64,000 bases of DNA from Octopus sinensis (GCF_006345805.1 NC_043000.1:140244001-140308000), one strand, 5' to 3'; counted from the stretch's first letter, positions 1-12,459 are shown. A program made the numbers and translations. The notes: generated from the sequence alone by a model not told the origin.

Positions 1-31
1 TTACAGTAACCAAAGAAATGCGAAAAAATAC
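1..31 (-). CDS. Putative last coding exon of a hypothetical minus-strand gene ((W)YFFAFLWLL*)
   Basis: Minus strand: tactaaactttAG acceptor (33-32), then G TAT TTT TTC GCA TTT CTT TGG TTA CTG TAA with the stop at 3-1. Phase matches the 1980-2046 candidate. Based on splice signals only. Confidence 0.22.
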
Positions 32-59
32 CTAAAGTTTAGTACATATGATATGTACA

Positions 60-320
60 TGGTCACGGCTAGTGCTAGTGTCATGAAAGAAGGCACCGAT
101 ACCATTGCTGGTGACATCTAAAACGGTACACATGTCATTGACATGTAGAAGACACCCAGTACACTCTGTACGGGGTTGGCTTTAGGAAGGGCATCCACCT
201 GTAGAAGCCAAGCCAAAACTGACGACTGGAGCTTGGTGTAGCTCTGGTCAAGCATTCTAACCTATGCCAGCAGCTTGGAAAATAAACATTAAATGATGAT
301 GATGATGATGATGATAATGA
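60..320 (+). mobile_element. RTE-LINE 3' UTR fragment with (GAT)n tail
   Basis: ttaggaagggcatcca..gtagaa motif and terminal aaacattaaatgatgatgat, shared with copies that are joined to an RTE ORF end elsewhere in the window. Confidence 0.75.
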
Positions 321-329
321 TTTTTTCAG

Positions 330-1250
330 AAAAGAACTTCAAGTAACATATCAGGGACAGTAAGAACTTGTTCATCATATGCTCAAATGTCATAGTTGGA
401 GATTCTTCTGAATCTCTGAAACGTACCATAAAGTGAGGTTACCATGTACATTGGCACCAATATTTGTCACACTTCATAGATAAAATCTAGAAAAAACTGA
501 AACTCAATTTCAACCATTTTACTCAGTATTCTATCTCCTCTCAGATACTATGAATGTCCTGGAAGCCAAAATGTTGGCACAATAAGGATGGCTATTCAAG
601 ATTTCACCATCATCAACTCAAATGCTCTTCTAGAATAGGCAGATCATTTTTGCTATTTTGAAAATTTTCTCTTTCTATGATGCAACTCTGAGAAGGATAA
701 AGAAAACAGAATTCTTGCTGAACAGGTTAATTTTAGAAGCCTATCTCACTTTTTCATCAGAAACAACCAACAAAACTTATGATGTATTGTATTTAACTGT
801 TATTTTGACCTTCCTCTATAGGTGCAAAACCTAGATGCTGTACTATCGAGACAAAACACTTTAGCACTTTCAATGACTAATGGTTCAAACACTGAAATAC
901 TTTGCCAATATTTCAGTCCTTGAAAAGCCCAAAGCCAGCATGCATAAATGCTTGAAGATACCATCATCAAATGACAGATCACACATGCTACATTATTGAT
1001 ATCAGTGTTTTTTTTTTACCAGATCTTTTACGATGAAGGCAGCACCAGTGAAAGACAAAGCTTGTGAGGTGTTCTGTACAATGTTATATGATCAACTCAA
1101 ACTGACTATGAAAGAAACCAATATCACCTTATTTTAGTTTTGAGAAAAGTAGTAAATCATGTGCTGTTTTCATTGCGGCAGAATGTGTTGCAAAGAAAAG
1201 TGTTGCAGAAAGGAAAAGAACAAAGAACAAAGGCAAAAATCATCCCACTC
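330..1250 (+). pseudogene. Highly decayed DNA-transposon coding remnant, possibly Academ-like
   Basis: Stop-riddled peptides EKDKENRILAEQVNF / NLDAVLSRQNTLALSMTNGS / TCYIID recall the transposase-to-XPG/PIN junction of Academ-type proteins. Recognised from memory only. Confidence 0.3.
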
Positions 1251-1319
1251 TAGTTATACCCATCTCCATCTCTCAAGTACAACTTCTTTGACCATAATAC
1301 ACTTTTAATTACAACCAGT

Positions 1320-1412
1320 TTCGCACTGGGGTCGATGTAATAGATTTAATCCCATTGTTTGTACTTGTTTGTCCCCTCTATGTTTAGCCCCTTGTGGGCA
1401 ATAAAGAAATAT
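1320..1412 (+). mobile_element. SINE family S2, 3' tail fragment
   Basis: cgcactggggtcgatgtaat...ccccttgtgggcaataaagaaat, the same tail as the other S2 copies. Confidence 0.8.
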
Positions 1413-1504
1413 AATTACAAGAAATACTGGCTTAATGAATTTGAAAGGAAATGAGGAAAATATTGAAAAATTAAGTGAATACTAAGTGTGTGTGTGTGAG
1501 TGCG

Positions 1505-1617
1505 TCTGTACATATCTGTCTGTCTGTTTTTCTGTCTATCCATCCACCTATCTATCCATCCATCTATCTATCCATCATCTGTCTATCCGTCCATCTATTT
1601 ATCTATCTATCTATCTG

Positions 1618-1691
<74 letters not shown>

Positions 1692-1720
1692 CATCCATCC
1701 ATCTATCTATCTATCTGTTT
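1505..1720. repeat. (TCTA)n/(TCCA)n microsatellite
   Basis: Direct reading; source of the IYLS-repeat ORFs. Confidence 0.95.
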
Positions 1721-1979
1721 ATCACTACACACTTGCATGCATATAAATTCTATTGTAATGACATGTGTTTGTGTATATCATGAAATATCCAGCCCCAATG
1801 TGTATCTCAGTTTTTAAAAATAGGTTCACTATATCCCATCCCAATGATGTAACATATGACTAAAAATATTTCTTATCACGAAGGTTATCTGACTGTCAAA
1901 TACTACATTCAAAAGTTCTGTCAAACACATTTACCAATGCAATATCTGAGAATTCTACTATGGCTAATATTCCTATTAC

Positions 1980-2046
1980 CAATGCAAAATATATCTCATG
2001 TCTATATCAGAACCAGAATTAATTTTTCTAGCTTGTCTAATGTTGC
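1980..2046 (-). CDS. Putative 67-nt coding exon (phase 1 to 2; (S)NIRQARKINSGSDIDMRYILH(W))
   Basis: Strong acceptor ttcttctgcttttcattAG, donor TG|GTAATA, one frame open to the donor. Confidence 0.3.
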
Positions 2047-2397
2047 CTAATGAAAAGCAGAAGAACATGATATAAGAGATAGCACATGACTTTCATAGCA
2101 AAAAATAGAAAACAGCAGAAAATATGTAAACAAATAGAAAATAATAAAAAAGAAATGTCTAATAAATTTCAAATATATCAAATTAAAAATAAATAATGAA
2201 GTAACAAAAAATTGTGCTAAGATGAAATGGAGAGATGAGAGATGGAGCAGGGAGTAGGGTCTAGTGAAGAAATAGAATTATAGAAATGAAAATTATATAA
2301 GTGAGGACATTTCTATAGCAAAGAGGACTTGTTCCTTCTGTGTTAATGGATTTAGTAAGAATCGTGGTCCAAAGCAGTCTCAGACTTTCTAAATGAT

Positions 2398-2632
2398 ACC
2401 TATTTCTTTACTACCCACAAGGGGCTAAACACAGAGAGGACAAACAAGGACAGACAAACGGATTAAGTCGATTATATCGACTCCAGTGCGTAACTGGTAC
2501 TTATTTAATCGACCCCGAGAGGATGAAAGGCAAAGTCGACCTCAGCGGAATTTGAACTCAGAATGTAGCGGCGGACGAAATACCACAAAGTATTTCGCCT
2601 GGTGTGCTAACGTTTCAGCCAGCTCGCTGCCT
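2398..2632 (-). mobile_element. SINE family S2
   Basis: Reverse complement of gctggctgaaacgttagcacacc..gagttcaaattccgctgaggtcgac..ccccttgtgggtagtaaagaaat; A/B-box-like head. Confidence 0.9.
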
Positions 2633-2649
2633 TCTAAATGATACCTCTA

Positions 2650-3030
2650 AATCTTTTACTTGTTTCAGTCATCATTACAAGGTGGCCATGCTGGAGTACT
2701 GCATTGAAGAACTTTTAGTAAAATGAATCAAACTCAGTACTTATTTTATGAAGTCAGGAACTTATTCTATCACTCTCTTCCTTGGGACTGCTAAGTTACA
2801 GGGACATAAATACACCAACACCAGTTGTCAAGCTGTGGTGGGAGATAAACGCAGACACAAAGATATACACACACATATATGATGGGCTTCTTTCAGTTTC
2901 TGTCTAGCAAAGTCACTCTCAAGGCTTTGAGGTTGAACTGAGGTTATAACAGAAGACACTTGCCCAAGGTGCCATGCAGTGGGACTGATCCTGAAACCAT
3001 GTGGTTGGGAAGCAAACTTCTTACCACACA
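2650..3030 (-). mobile_element. SINE family S1 (tRNA-like head, CORE-like ccttgggcaagt, internal TA/TG tract)
   Basis: Matches the other S1 copies. Confidence 0.88.
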
Positions 3031-3768
3031 CACACACACATATGCTTGCATCTATAAGCCATTTCTAGAAATTTTTAGTAACATGGCCCACCTTGGTGAT
3101 GTCTCATGTGGTCCACTTTATGAAGTAATACCACATATTGAAATTTTGTTCTTGATTTCTTGTGGTACTGATTTTGGGAATTCATGGACTTTGTTCCAGA
3201 CAATGAAAATATATTTCTGGGAAGATCATTAAAAAGACATCAACATATAACACATTACATAACATTATGCTAGGACACGTAAGAGAGAAAGAGAAGAAGA
3301 AGAGAGAGAGATAGACCCATGAAAGCGCCACTTTGTGGTCACAGGATATACCAGAAATAGCCAAATTTCCATTAAATTCATTCTAGCACCTGCAAAAGAT
3401 GTGCACTTTGGATAATGAATTTCTGGGTATAATGTACCAAAGAAGAAAAAAAAACAAGATGGTCACAGCTGGAATACTTCTGCTTTGGATTAACCTGGAG
3501 TACAACAGCATCAATACTACAGAGTTCATTTGGGAATGATGCTGTTGTGGAGACTATTGAAGTTGTATTGAATAGTCATTTACATGGGATTGACTTTTAA
3601 TGCTAGTTATATCATTATGATGGATAAAAAGGACTAATGAAGTATTTATTATGAAATAAAAATTAATGTTTAATATATTGAGCATTCAAATAATACATTT
3701 ATATAACTAGTCTTAATTATGAGATGAGGGGCAAAAAAAACTTCACTATGTAAATGATTTGTATTGTA

Positions 3769-4178
3769 GGTGCAGGAGTGGCTGTGTGATAAGTAGCTTG
3801 CTTACCCGTCACATTGTTGTGGGTTCAGTCCCACTGCATGGCATCTTGGGCCAACCAAAGCATTGTGAGTGGATTTGGTAGACGGAAGCTGAAAGAAGCC
3901 CGTCATATATATATGTATATGTATATATATGTGATGATGATGATGATGATGATGTGTGTGTGTGTGTTTGTGCGTCTGTGTTTGTCCCCCCAGCATTGCT
4001 TGACAACTGATGCTGGTGTGTTTACATCCCCGTAACTTAGCAGTTCAGCAAAAGAGACTGATAGAATAAGTACTAGGCCTACAAAGAATAAGTCCTGGGG
4101 TTGATTTGCTCAACGAAAGGCAGTGCTCCAGCATGTCCGCAGTCAAATGACTGAAACAAGTAAAAGAGTAAAGAGAGT
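3769..4178 (+). mobile_element. SINE family S1
   Basis: ggtgcaggagtggctgtgtg head, internal microsatellite, (aaaagagt)n tail. Confidence 0.9.
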
Positions 4179-4449
4179 ATGTACGAGAGATAATACTTGA
4201 TATGTGGTGGCCTTATGGTATCTTGAAAGACATGAAATGTTTTAGGAAATAGGTGCTCTTGGTTAACTAAGAAAGGACACAATGTTCAGATGCACACACA
4301 TACATGTACACACACACACGTGCAAATTCATACAAACATGCTAATATACGCATGTATATACATAGCAGAAATAGCAGTAGAGGTATACTAAGTAAATGTT
4401 ACAATACAGTACTCTGTTTAAAGTACTAAAATACAATTGCATAGAAAAC

Positions 4450-4860
4450 ATCATCATCATCATCATCGTCATCGTTTAACGTCCGTTTTCTATGCTAGCA
4501 TGGGTTGGACGGTTCGACTAGGGTCTGGGAAGCCAGGAGGCTGCGCCAGGCTCCAGTCTGATCTGGCAGTGTTTCTACAGCTGGATGCCCTTCCTAATGC
4601 CAACCACTCTGTGAGTGTAGTGGGTGCTTTTTACGTGCCACTGGCACAGGGGCCAGAGGAGGCTGGAAAATGGCCATGATCGGTTGGTACTTTTCACATA
4701 TCACTGACACGGACGCCAGTCAGGCAGCGCTGGCATCAGCCACATTCAGATGGTGCTTTTTATGTGCCACCGGCATGGGTATCACAACAACAATTTCCAT
4801 TTGATTTTGATTTTTGATGTTGATGTACTTGACTCAGTAGGTCTCTTCAAGTACAGCGGT
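4450..4860 (-). mobile_element. RTE-LINE 3' UTR copy
   Basis: (CAT)n-cgtttaacgtcc..ctggatgcccttcctaa plus GC-rich subrepeats. Confidence 0.85.
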
Positions 4861-4924
4861 TGAGAATTTCTGAATATTCAGATCTAGAAATAGTTACTTA
4901 TGAGAAATCATATTTTTTCTAATT

Positions 4925-5065
4925 TTTATCATCATCATCATTGTTCGACCGTAGTCGAGACAATGGAATTTACCATGCTACGCCAGACTTCACGGTCCTT
5001 CATGGCATTACGAAGGTCCTGTTGCTGGATGCCTGTATCCCTGGAGATTACATCAGGGTAGGTGA
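4925..5065 (-). mobile_element. 3' end of a second RTE-like LINE (same family as 57384-57801)
   Basis: Near-identical in reverse to 57665-57800; (GAT)n tail. Confidence 0.85.
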
Positions 5066-5899
5066 GAATGTGATTGAGAAAACGATGTTTGCTCTCTATC
5101 TATCTATCAACCCACCTGTCTGTTTGTCTGTTTGTCTGCCTATCTGTTTCTCTCTCTCTGTGTCTTTCTTCCTTCCTTCCTTTCTCTCTTCCTTTTATTT
5201 TCACTAGCTGGATAGACAGTTACTGCTTACTTAGCTAGATGTACAGATAAATGACAGTACTGGTGGATTGTTTGATGGAGAGATCTGGTACATTTCATGT
5301 GGAAATCAAAATATTATGATGTGATTGCCAGGAAATACATAAGAAAAAGATTGTGGTTTTCTTTCAAAATAATTTTCTGTTATATAAAACTGATTATTCC
5401 ATCTTTTACTAAGATTGGCACAACACACACATGAACATGCGACCACACACACACACACATACATGCACATGCATGCACACACATATATCCATTTCTTGCT
5501 ATGTGCTGTGAATGGGTCAATTATTTTGTTTGTAGTTTGGTAGATTAATATTATATATATATGCACACCAGTGAAGCTAAACATGAATTCTACTTCATGT
5601 TATATTAGTGTACAGTTTGTCATTCCTAGAATCGAAGAAAAATCCCAGCTGTTGCTCAGGAAATCCTATAAACATCATTCCTTCTAATTAACATGGTCAT
5701 AAATCTAGATGTTAAGCTTGCATTTGATACAGAAGTTTCAGCGTTAAACATAACTGTACCTTGGTGTTATGCATCATTGGGAATTTGGTGCATGTTTACA
5801 TTTCATTTTGATACGATGCATGCCTTTCAGCTCAAGAGGTGTTATTATTGTTGCACAAAGTACATTATTTTACAGGCACCATTAGAAACTATCATAACA

Positions 5900-5948
5900 T
5901 TTATATATATATATATATATACACACATACATATATATATATATATAT

Positions 5949-6014
<66 letters not shown>

Positions 6015-6032
6015 ATATATATATACACACAC

Positions 6033-6083
<51 letters not shown>

Positions 6084-6225
6084 CATACATACAAATATAT
6101 ATATCTATATATATATATATATACGCATTCACACAGACACACAGATACACACACACACACATATATATATATGTGCATACATGCATACACACACACAATA
6201 TATACATACATATATATATATATGA
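5900..6225. repeat. (TA)n/(CA)n compound microsatellite
   Basis: Direct reading. Confidence 0.95.
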
Positions 6226-6428
6226 ACTGAGAAAATATTAAGACTGCCCAGAAATAGTAGAAGCAATTAGTGAGCATCCAACAAATTACAGGATGCTGGT
6301 TTAATATGTCTGGTTGTACATTGACACTGGATTTAGCTCCTGATATTTTAGAGATCAAAAGAATATATAGCAGAAACTTTCTGCAGTAAATGATTCAATA
6401 TATATCCATTATTAGGTGTAATACTCAC

Positions 6429-6436
6429 TAAAATTT
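6429..6436 (-). CDS. Putative 8-nt microexon AAATTTTA
   Basis: ttgttgctgctaccacgttcactttcatcAG|AAATTTTA|GTGAGTAT: strong donor, pyrimidine tract with upstream TGC motifs. Converts phase 2 to phase 1 as the proposed chain requires. Confidence 0.25.
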
Positions 6437-6802
6437 CTGATGAAAGTGAACGTGGTAGCAGCAACAAATGTGAATGTTTTAATTTTTTTTTCCCTAATCC
6501 AAGGTTTTTTTTTCTTTTTTTTTTGAGGTCTGATAAATGTAATGATTAGTTTGATATAATTATTTAACGCACACACAAACATATAAATAGATATGTATGC
6601 AAGGTGGTCCAAATGTAAGGTTTACAGTTATTCAATTATCTCTTTCGCATTCATATATATACAGTTTAAATCTTAATTATAAAAGAATATGAAACCATTA
6701 TTCTATGCTAATTTAGTTAATTTTGCCAAACTCCCTTTTCAGCTTATAAGATAGAAATTTAAATGTAATGAAATGTTTTACAAGAAATTTAAAGTGCCGA
6801 CA

Positions 6803-6955
6803 TCATCATCATCATCATCATCATCGTTTAACGTCCGTTCTCCATGCTAGCATGGGTTGGACGGTTCGACCGGGGATCTGGGAAGCCAGAAGGCTGCACC
6901 AGGCTCCAGTCTGATCTGGCAGTGTTTCTATAGCTGGATGCCCTTCCTAACGCCA
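6803..6955 (-). mobile_element. RTE-LINE 3' UTR tip
   Basis: (CAT)n cgtttaacgtcc...ctggatgcccttcctaacgcca. Confidence 0.85.
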
Positions 6956-7029
6956 TGATAACTGTAAATCTACTTTTGGTCCACCTTGTATATTATCTGT
7001 AATTGGTATAAACAAAATGTGCTTTATAT

Positions 7030-7434
7030 GGCTGTGTGGTAAGTAGCTTGTTTACCAACCACATGGTTCCAGGTTCAGTCCCACTGCGTGGCACCTTGGG
7101 CAAGTGTCTTCTACTATAGCCTCGGGCCGACCAAAGCCTTTTGAGTGGATTTGGTAGACGGAAAAAGAAATAAGCCCGTCGCATATATGTATATATATAT
7201 ATATGTGCGTGTATGTTTGTGTGTCTGTGTTTGTCCCCCTAGCATTGCTTGACAACCGATGCTGGTGTGTTTACGTCGCCGTCACTTAGCGGTTCGGCAA
7301 AAGAAACCAATAGAATAAGTACTGGGCTTACAAAGAATAAGTCCCGGGGTCAAGTTGCTCGACTAAAGGCGGTGCTCCAGCATGGCCGCAGTCAAATGAC
7401 TGAAACAAGTAAAAGAGTAAAAGAGTAAAAGAGT
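7030..7434 (+). mobile_element. SINE family S1
   Basis: Head, CORE-like block, TA tract and (aaaagagt)n tail. Confidence 0.9.
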
Positions 7435-7942
7435 ACATATACGTTTGTGTGTGTGTGTGTGCTTTTATGCACTATGCATCCATATGAGAAATCCACTTTG
7501 TGCAAACACCACAATATTCAGCGTTCTAACAGAATATCCTTATCAAGTTGGATGTAAAGATTGCCTTTTGGTGTTGATACAGTCTCCGTTGTTAATAATT
7601 ATGTTTTGATAAACCTGCTGGCTCTTTGCAGCATTGGTACTTGAAAAACTACTGTAATTCTATATATTGTTAGCAGCGAGATTTGCTGGTGTGTGGTTAG
7701 TGGACAGCTCTCACTGAAGAGACACAGTATGTCAAAATCACATGATCTGACAGTTCCAGAGCCCATAGCAGATAATCCCTGTTTGCCAATGACACAAATA
7801 TGAGTTTTTTTTAATGCAAGAAGTGCCCATAAGTGGGGTCATCTCAAAGTAAATACCAAAGTATTTGATGTTTTAACAAAATATCCATGTTAAGTTGGAT
7901 GTAATAATTGCCTTTTGGTACTAATACTAATTCTGTCATTAT

Positions 7943-7973
<31 letters not shown>

Positions 7974-8169
7974 TGTGTGTGTGCGCGCACACGTGTGTGT
8001 AATCCACTACCATTAGTGCATCAAAATATATATGTTTAGCTTATGGCTTATTGAAAGCAGACTTGTGGATTAAATATTTTTTTATTTACTCTCAGACTTA
8101 TCTTTGAGTATTCTTAATCTAAGTAGCCAGACATGGCATCATTATGAACTTGTCACTCACTGAAATAAC

Positions 8170-8184
8170 ACACATACACACACA

Positions 8185-8274
<90 letters not shown>

Positions 8275-8310
8275 ACACGCATGTGCATCCACACACATGC
8301 ACACACAAAC
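8170..8310. repeat. (CA)n microsatellite
   Basis: Direct reading. Confidence 0.95.
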
Positions 8311-8440
8311 ACACATATACTACAGTCATTGGTACTAAAGGCTTTCATTGTATTCCCTCTGCTGAACGCACTCTTTTGCTCTAATGAGGCTGCAGAAACA
8401 AGTTACCACAATTCATTTGTAAAGCTTATTATGTGATTAA

Positions 8441-9068
8441 CCCTTCCGTTACTGTATTTATTTTGAGATGCTCTGTGTTTCTATCAATTACTTCAAATAT
8501 AACAAAGAATTTAGTAAAATAACTTAGCTATCATTCAGCTAGTGTTAAGAACATAAATTGTGACTAAGGTTTGGTGGAAGATTTTAATTCAAAACACCCA
8601 CACAGTTATCAACCACCTCACCAACAACAACACTGAACACCTTTTTGATCTCCATGTGTCCAACAAACATGGACATGCCTACAAAGTCAGAAAACAGCAC
8701 AGCTCCCATGCATTTCGGAAACATTTTCTCACGCTCAGAGTTGCTGAAGCATGGAACAAACTGCCTACATCAGTTGTTGACTGCCATGACACTGCATCCT
8801 TTAAGGCCCTCATGCTTTCCGAAATCCGCCAAAACTACACCTGATTGTCCCCCTTCCATACTCATACACATATGTGTATGTCATGACTCATGCACTGTTC
8901 TTTTCCTGACACTTGTACATGACCCTATGTACTATACATACACTTTAGATGAGTTGTAGTGCACCTGAGCACTGTACACAATGTTTTATTATTATTATTA
9001 TTATTATGAAAACAAGGCATTTATACTCAGAGCCAGACACAGTTTCAGCCAGGTTGGTAACCAAAGGG
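8441..9068. mobile_element. TTAA-flanked non-autonomous DNA transposon (piggyBac/Kolobok-type ends) with a nested CR1 insertion
   Basis: TTAA|CCCTTccGTTAC ... GTAACcaAAGGG|TTAA: terminal inverted repeats and TTAA duplication. Confidence 0.7.
8598..9005 (+). mobile_element. CR1-clade LINE 3' end (5'-truncated)
   Basis: HGHAYKVRKQHSSHAFRKHFLTLRVAEAWNKLPTSVVDCHDTASFKALM is the typical CR1 ORF2 C-terminus; (ATT)n tail at 8986-9005. Confidence 0.88.
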
Positions 9069-10031
9069 TTAATATTTTTAAATACTGTTAACCTGAGGAA
9101 TAGCTTACTGATTTCAGTACAGTGTAGAGTTCATACCACTGTTTTCAGTTGCTTACCTTTTAAAAAGTTTGATAAAACTTGTTGATGTGGTCACAATAAG
9201 AGGCAAACATGTCTTGAATTGTCTCCTCAACTTGCCAAAAGAATTTAAATAATATTTGTCATTGACTGATTCTGTTCTTCACTTAATACATTATTATTTC
9301 TGTTTATTTTTTTATGGGTTTATTTTTGCCACATTTCTTGCATCAAACCTATCTTAACTACTAAAATAAATCCAAGATGCCTCTTTCAGCTCAAGTGAGA
9401 TTTTTTCTATATTATTACTTATTTATTCTGACAGCCTATACGATATAAAATGATGAGCAGATCGTAGTCTCAAAGTGACGAAAATATTTTGACAAATTAA
9501 ATTTAAATGTTGAAGTGAATCTAACTGTTTTTGCGTGTTTTTTAAATGGCTTATAAACACTTTCCATGTTGCAAATGTTATAAATGTATTTGTGGGGAGA
9601 TAAATATTGAAAACATCAATACATGCAAGAATGATAAAGAAACAAGGAGAGTTGTCTTGGGATGATGTGCTAGAAACAACAGCCAAATGTCCCTTAAATC
9701 GCACACTTTTCTCTCTAAAAATATTAAGAATTTTTTTTTTTTTACTGAAAAGATTCCTCCCATGGCTTTGAAGTGCAAAAGAAATTGGCCAAAATTGGTC
9801 CAGGGTGGTATGATGAGGGAGGGGATGTTGTAAAAATCATTTTCAAAACTTTTTTCACACAAAAATATTCACCCCAAAAACATGATTTTGAAGGCTGTGG
9901 TTTGAAAAAAAATGGAGGAAATTCCTGTCAAAACAGTGTAGTTCTAACTAATTTTGTCTTCCTGATCCAAAACTCTGTTTTACCAAAACTCTTCTCCCCA
10001 CCCCCTCGGAAAAATTTTCTCTCTGACGTCT

Positions 10032-10412
10032 CTTAGCACTCTGTCGGTTACGACGATGAGGGTTCCAGTTGATCCGAATCAACGGAACAGCCTGCTCGTG
10101 AAATTAACGCGTAAGTGGCTGAGCACTCCACAGACACGTGTACCCTTAACATAGTTCTCGGGGATATTCAGCGTGACACAGAGAGTGACAAGGCCGGCCC
10201 CTTGAAATACAGGTACAACAGAAACAGGAAGTAAGAGTGAGAGAAAGTTGTGGTGAAAGAGTACAGCAGGGATCACCACCATCCCCTGCCGGAGCCTCGT
10301 GGAGCTTTAGGTATTTTCGCTCAATAAACACTCACAACGCCCGGTCTGGGAATCGAAACCGCAAACCTATGACCGCGAGTCCGCTGCCCTAACCACTGGG
10401 CCATTGCACCTC
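10032..10412 (-). mobile_element. tRNA-derived SINE family S3
   Basis: Head ggtgcaatggcccagtggttagggcagcggactcgcggtc..ggtttcgattcccagacc has A and B boxes and an Arg(TCG)-like anticodon loop. Confidence 0.9.
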
Positions 10413-10614
10413 CACTTTCTGACGTCAATACTCTTTCGACACGATGATTGTACAACATGTTTCCAGCTTCAAATCCTCATTTCTGGCACTGTTCCCAGTG
10501 TAAAAACTTTTACAACCTACTCATGCCTCCATTTCTTATATTCTTCCTGTAGCTGCTTTGGATATTCTGCCACACTGTGTGCTACTGTCTCATTCCAAGT
10601 TCCACAGGCTCTAC

Positions 10615-10865
10615 ATTTTTCTTACACATTCATCATCATCATCATCGTTTAACGTCCGTTTTCCGCGCTAGCATGGGTTGGACGGTTTGACCGGGGTCTG
10701 GGAAGCCAGGGGCTGCCCCAGGCTCTAGTCTGATCTGGCAGTGTTTCTACAGCTGGATGCTCTTCCTAACGCCAACCACTCCGCGAGTGTAGTGGGTGGT
10801 TTTTACGAGCCACCGGCACAGGTGCCAGGGGAGTCTGGCATCAGCCACGATTGGTTGGTGCTTTC
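10615..10865 (-). mobile_element. RTE-LINE 3' UTR copy
   Basis: Same family motifs and (CAT)n end. Confidence 0.85.
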
Positions 10866-11486
10866 TCACCATATATTTTTCTCAAGTTGTTTGTTTCTAT
10901 CACTTGATTTCAGGCTGCTATAGTTAGGCCCTCTGTTTCTTTTTTAATTGCCCTTTTATTATTATAAGGATTACTGAGTGAGAGAGCAGTGCAGGACATC
11001 AAAGTGTCACTGGGGTAAAACATACGAAGCCTAATATACCCATCATGGCTACCCCTTCTGATAAGGATACACCAGGCACATGCATCACAACCATATGTGT
11101 GTGACATGGTGATCTAATATCAAAACAAACGGTGCATGTCCTTGCAGGTGGGACCCACTTACAGTTTTCTTCAGATCAAGTAGCCCATGCTGCATAAAAG
11201 TTGCCTCAATAATGAATGTTTTAAGGAAGATGAACAAAACACCCATGTTTTCAGAGGTGAGTTATTCAAACCCCAAATAATTCCACTCAACTCATGGCTA
11301 TGATGCTCCCCAACTACTTCTGCTCATGATCAGAGATGTACATATTGTCAGCCACTATAGAACAGCCATGCTGAAGAGGTAATAAGTATAGTTACTACTT
11401 TCATCTTTTATAGGTATTTTCTAACTAGCTACTTTGCTTGTTGCAAGATCAGTGACTAGTTCTCACTTATTTTCTATATATTGTGA

Positions 11487-11870
11487 ACTGGCAGAAACGT
11501 TAGCACGCCAGGCGAAATGCGTAGCCGTATTTCGTCTGCCGTTACATTCTGGGTTCAAATTCCGCCGAGGTTGACTTTGCCTTTCATCCTTTCAGGGTCG
11601 ATAAATTAAGTACCAGTTACGCACTGGGGTCGATGTAATCGCCTTGATCGCTTTGTCTGTCCTTGTTTGTCCCCTCTATGTTTAGCCCCTTGTGGGTAAT
11701 AAAGAAACATGTATCCAACCTTTAGTTTTCTAACACCTTGTCTGTCTGGAAGCCAAAGTCCCAGAGAACTTTTGCTTTCCCGTTCGTCCGTTGCTTTTTC
11801 CGGTGTATGTTGGTACCAAGCACCCGTTTGTCTGTCCTTGTTTGTCCCCTCTGTGGGTAGTAAAGAAATA
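11487..11870 (+). mobile_element. Composite S2 SINE insertion with a captured segment and 19-bp TSD
   Basis: tattttctatatattgtga at 11468-11486 and 11871-11889 brackets a full S2, a 118-nt foreign segment and a second partial S2 tail. Confidence 0.88.
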
Positions 11871-12249
11871 TATTTTCTATATATTGTGAGTAGGAGCAAA
11901 CTACTGCTATCTCTAGTAGATGAGTATCCATCACCGAGGAGGAGAACAAATAATTCAAAACCATACAACTTGGTGGTTCTGTCCTTGAAAGATGGTATGG
12001 GTTCACTCCCCTGCTTGCAATATATATCAGGTGCAGGTTGCATTGAAAAACCAGGTGGAGGAGGCTCTCCTGAAGGTAAAAATGATAGTAACGTTGATTC
12101 CTATGGAACAGCCATATTGAAGTAGCAATAAACATTGCTTAAGAGTTTAGTTACTGCTTTCATCTCTTATAGAGATTTTCTAACTAGATAATTTTCTTAT
12201 TATATAGATGTGTCTGCATATATGTGTCCACCCTGTAAGTTGGTTGGTG

Positions 12250-12395
12250 TTAGGAAAGACATCCTGCCGTAAAACCATGCTAGAACAAACGGTGAAGTCT
12301 GGTGCAGTCTTCTGGCTTGTCAGCTCCTGACAAACCGTCCAACCCATGCCAGCATGGGAAACAGACATTAAACAATGATGATGATGATGCTAATG
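12250..12395 (+). mobile_element. RTE-LINE 3' UTR tip
   Basis: ggtgttaggaa..ccaacccatgccagcatgggaaacagacattaaacaatgatgatg. Confidence 0.8.
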
Positions 12396-12459
12396 ATATG
12401 TACGTATGTATATATGTATAAATATGTGTATGTGTGTAAAAGTGCGGGTATGTATACTC

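Noticed and set aside
10330-10412. tRNA genes (also 25043-25115 and 56317-56390)
   Set aside because: The tRNA-like heads run directly into multi-copy SINE bodies; these are SINEs, not stand-alone tRNA genes.
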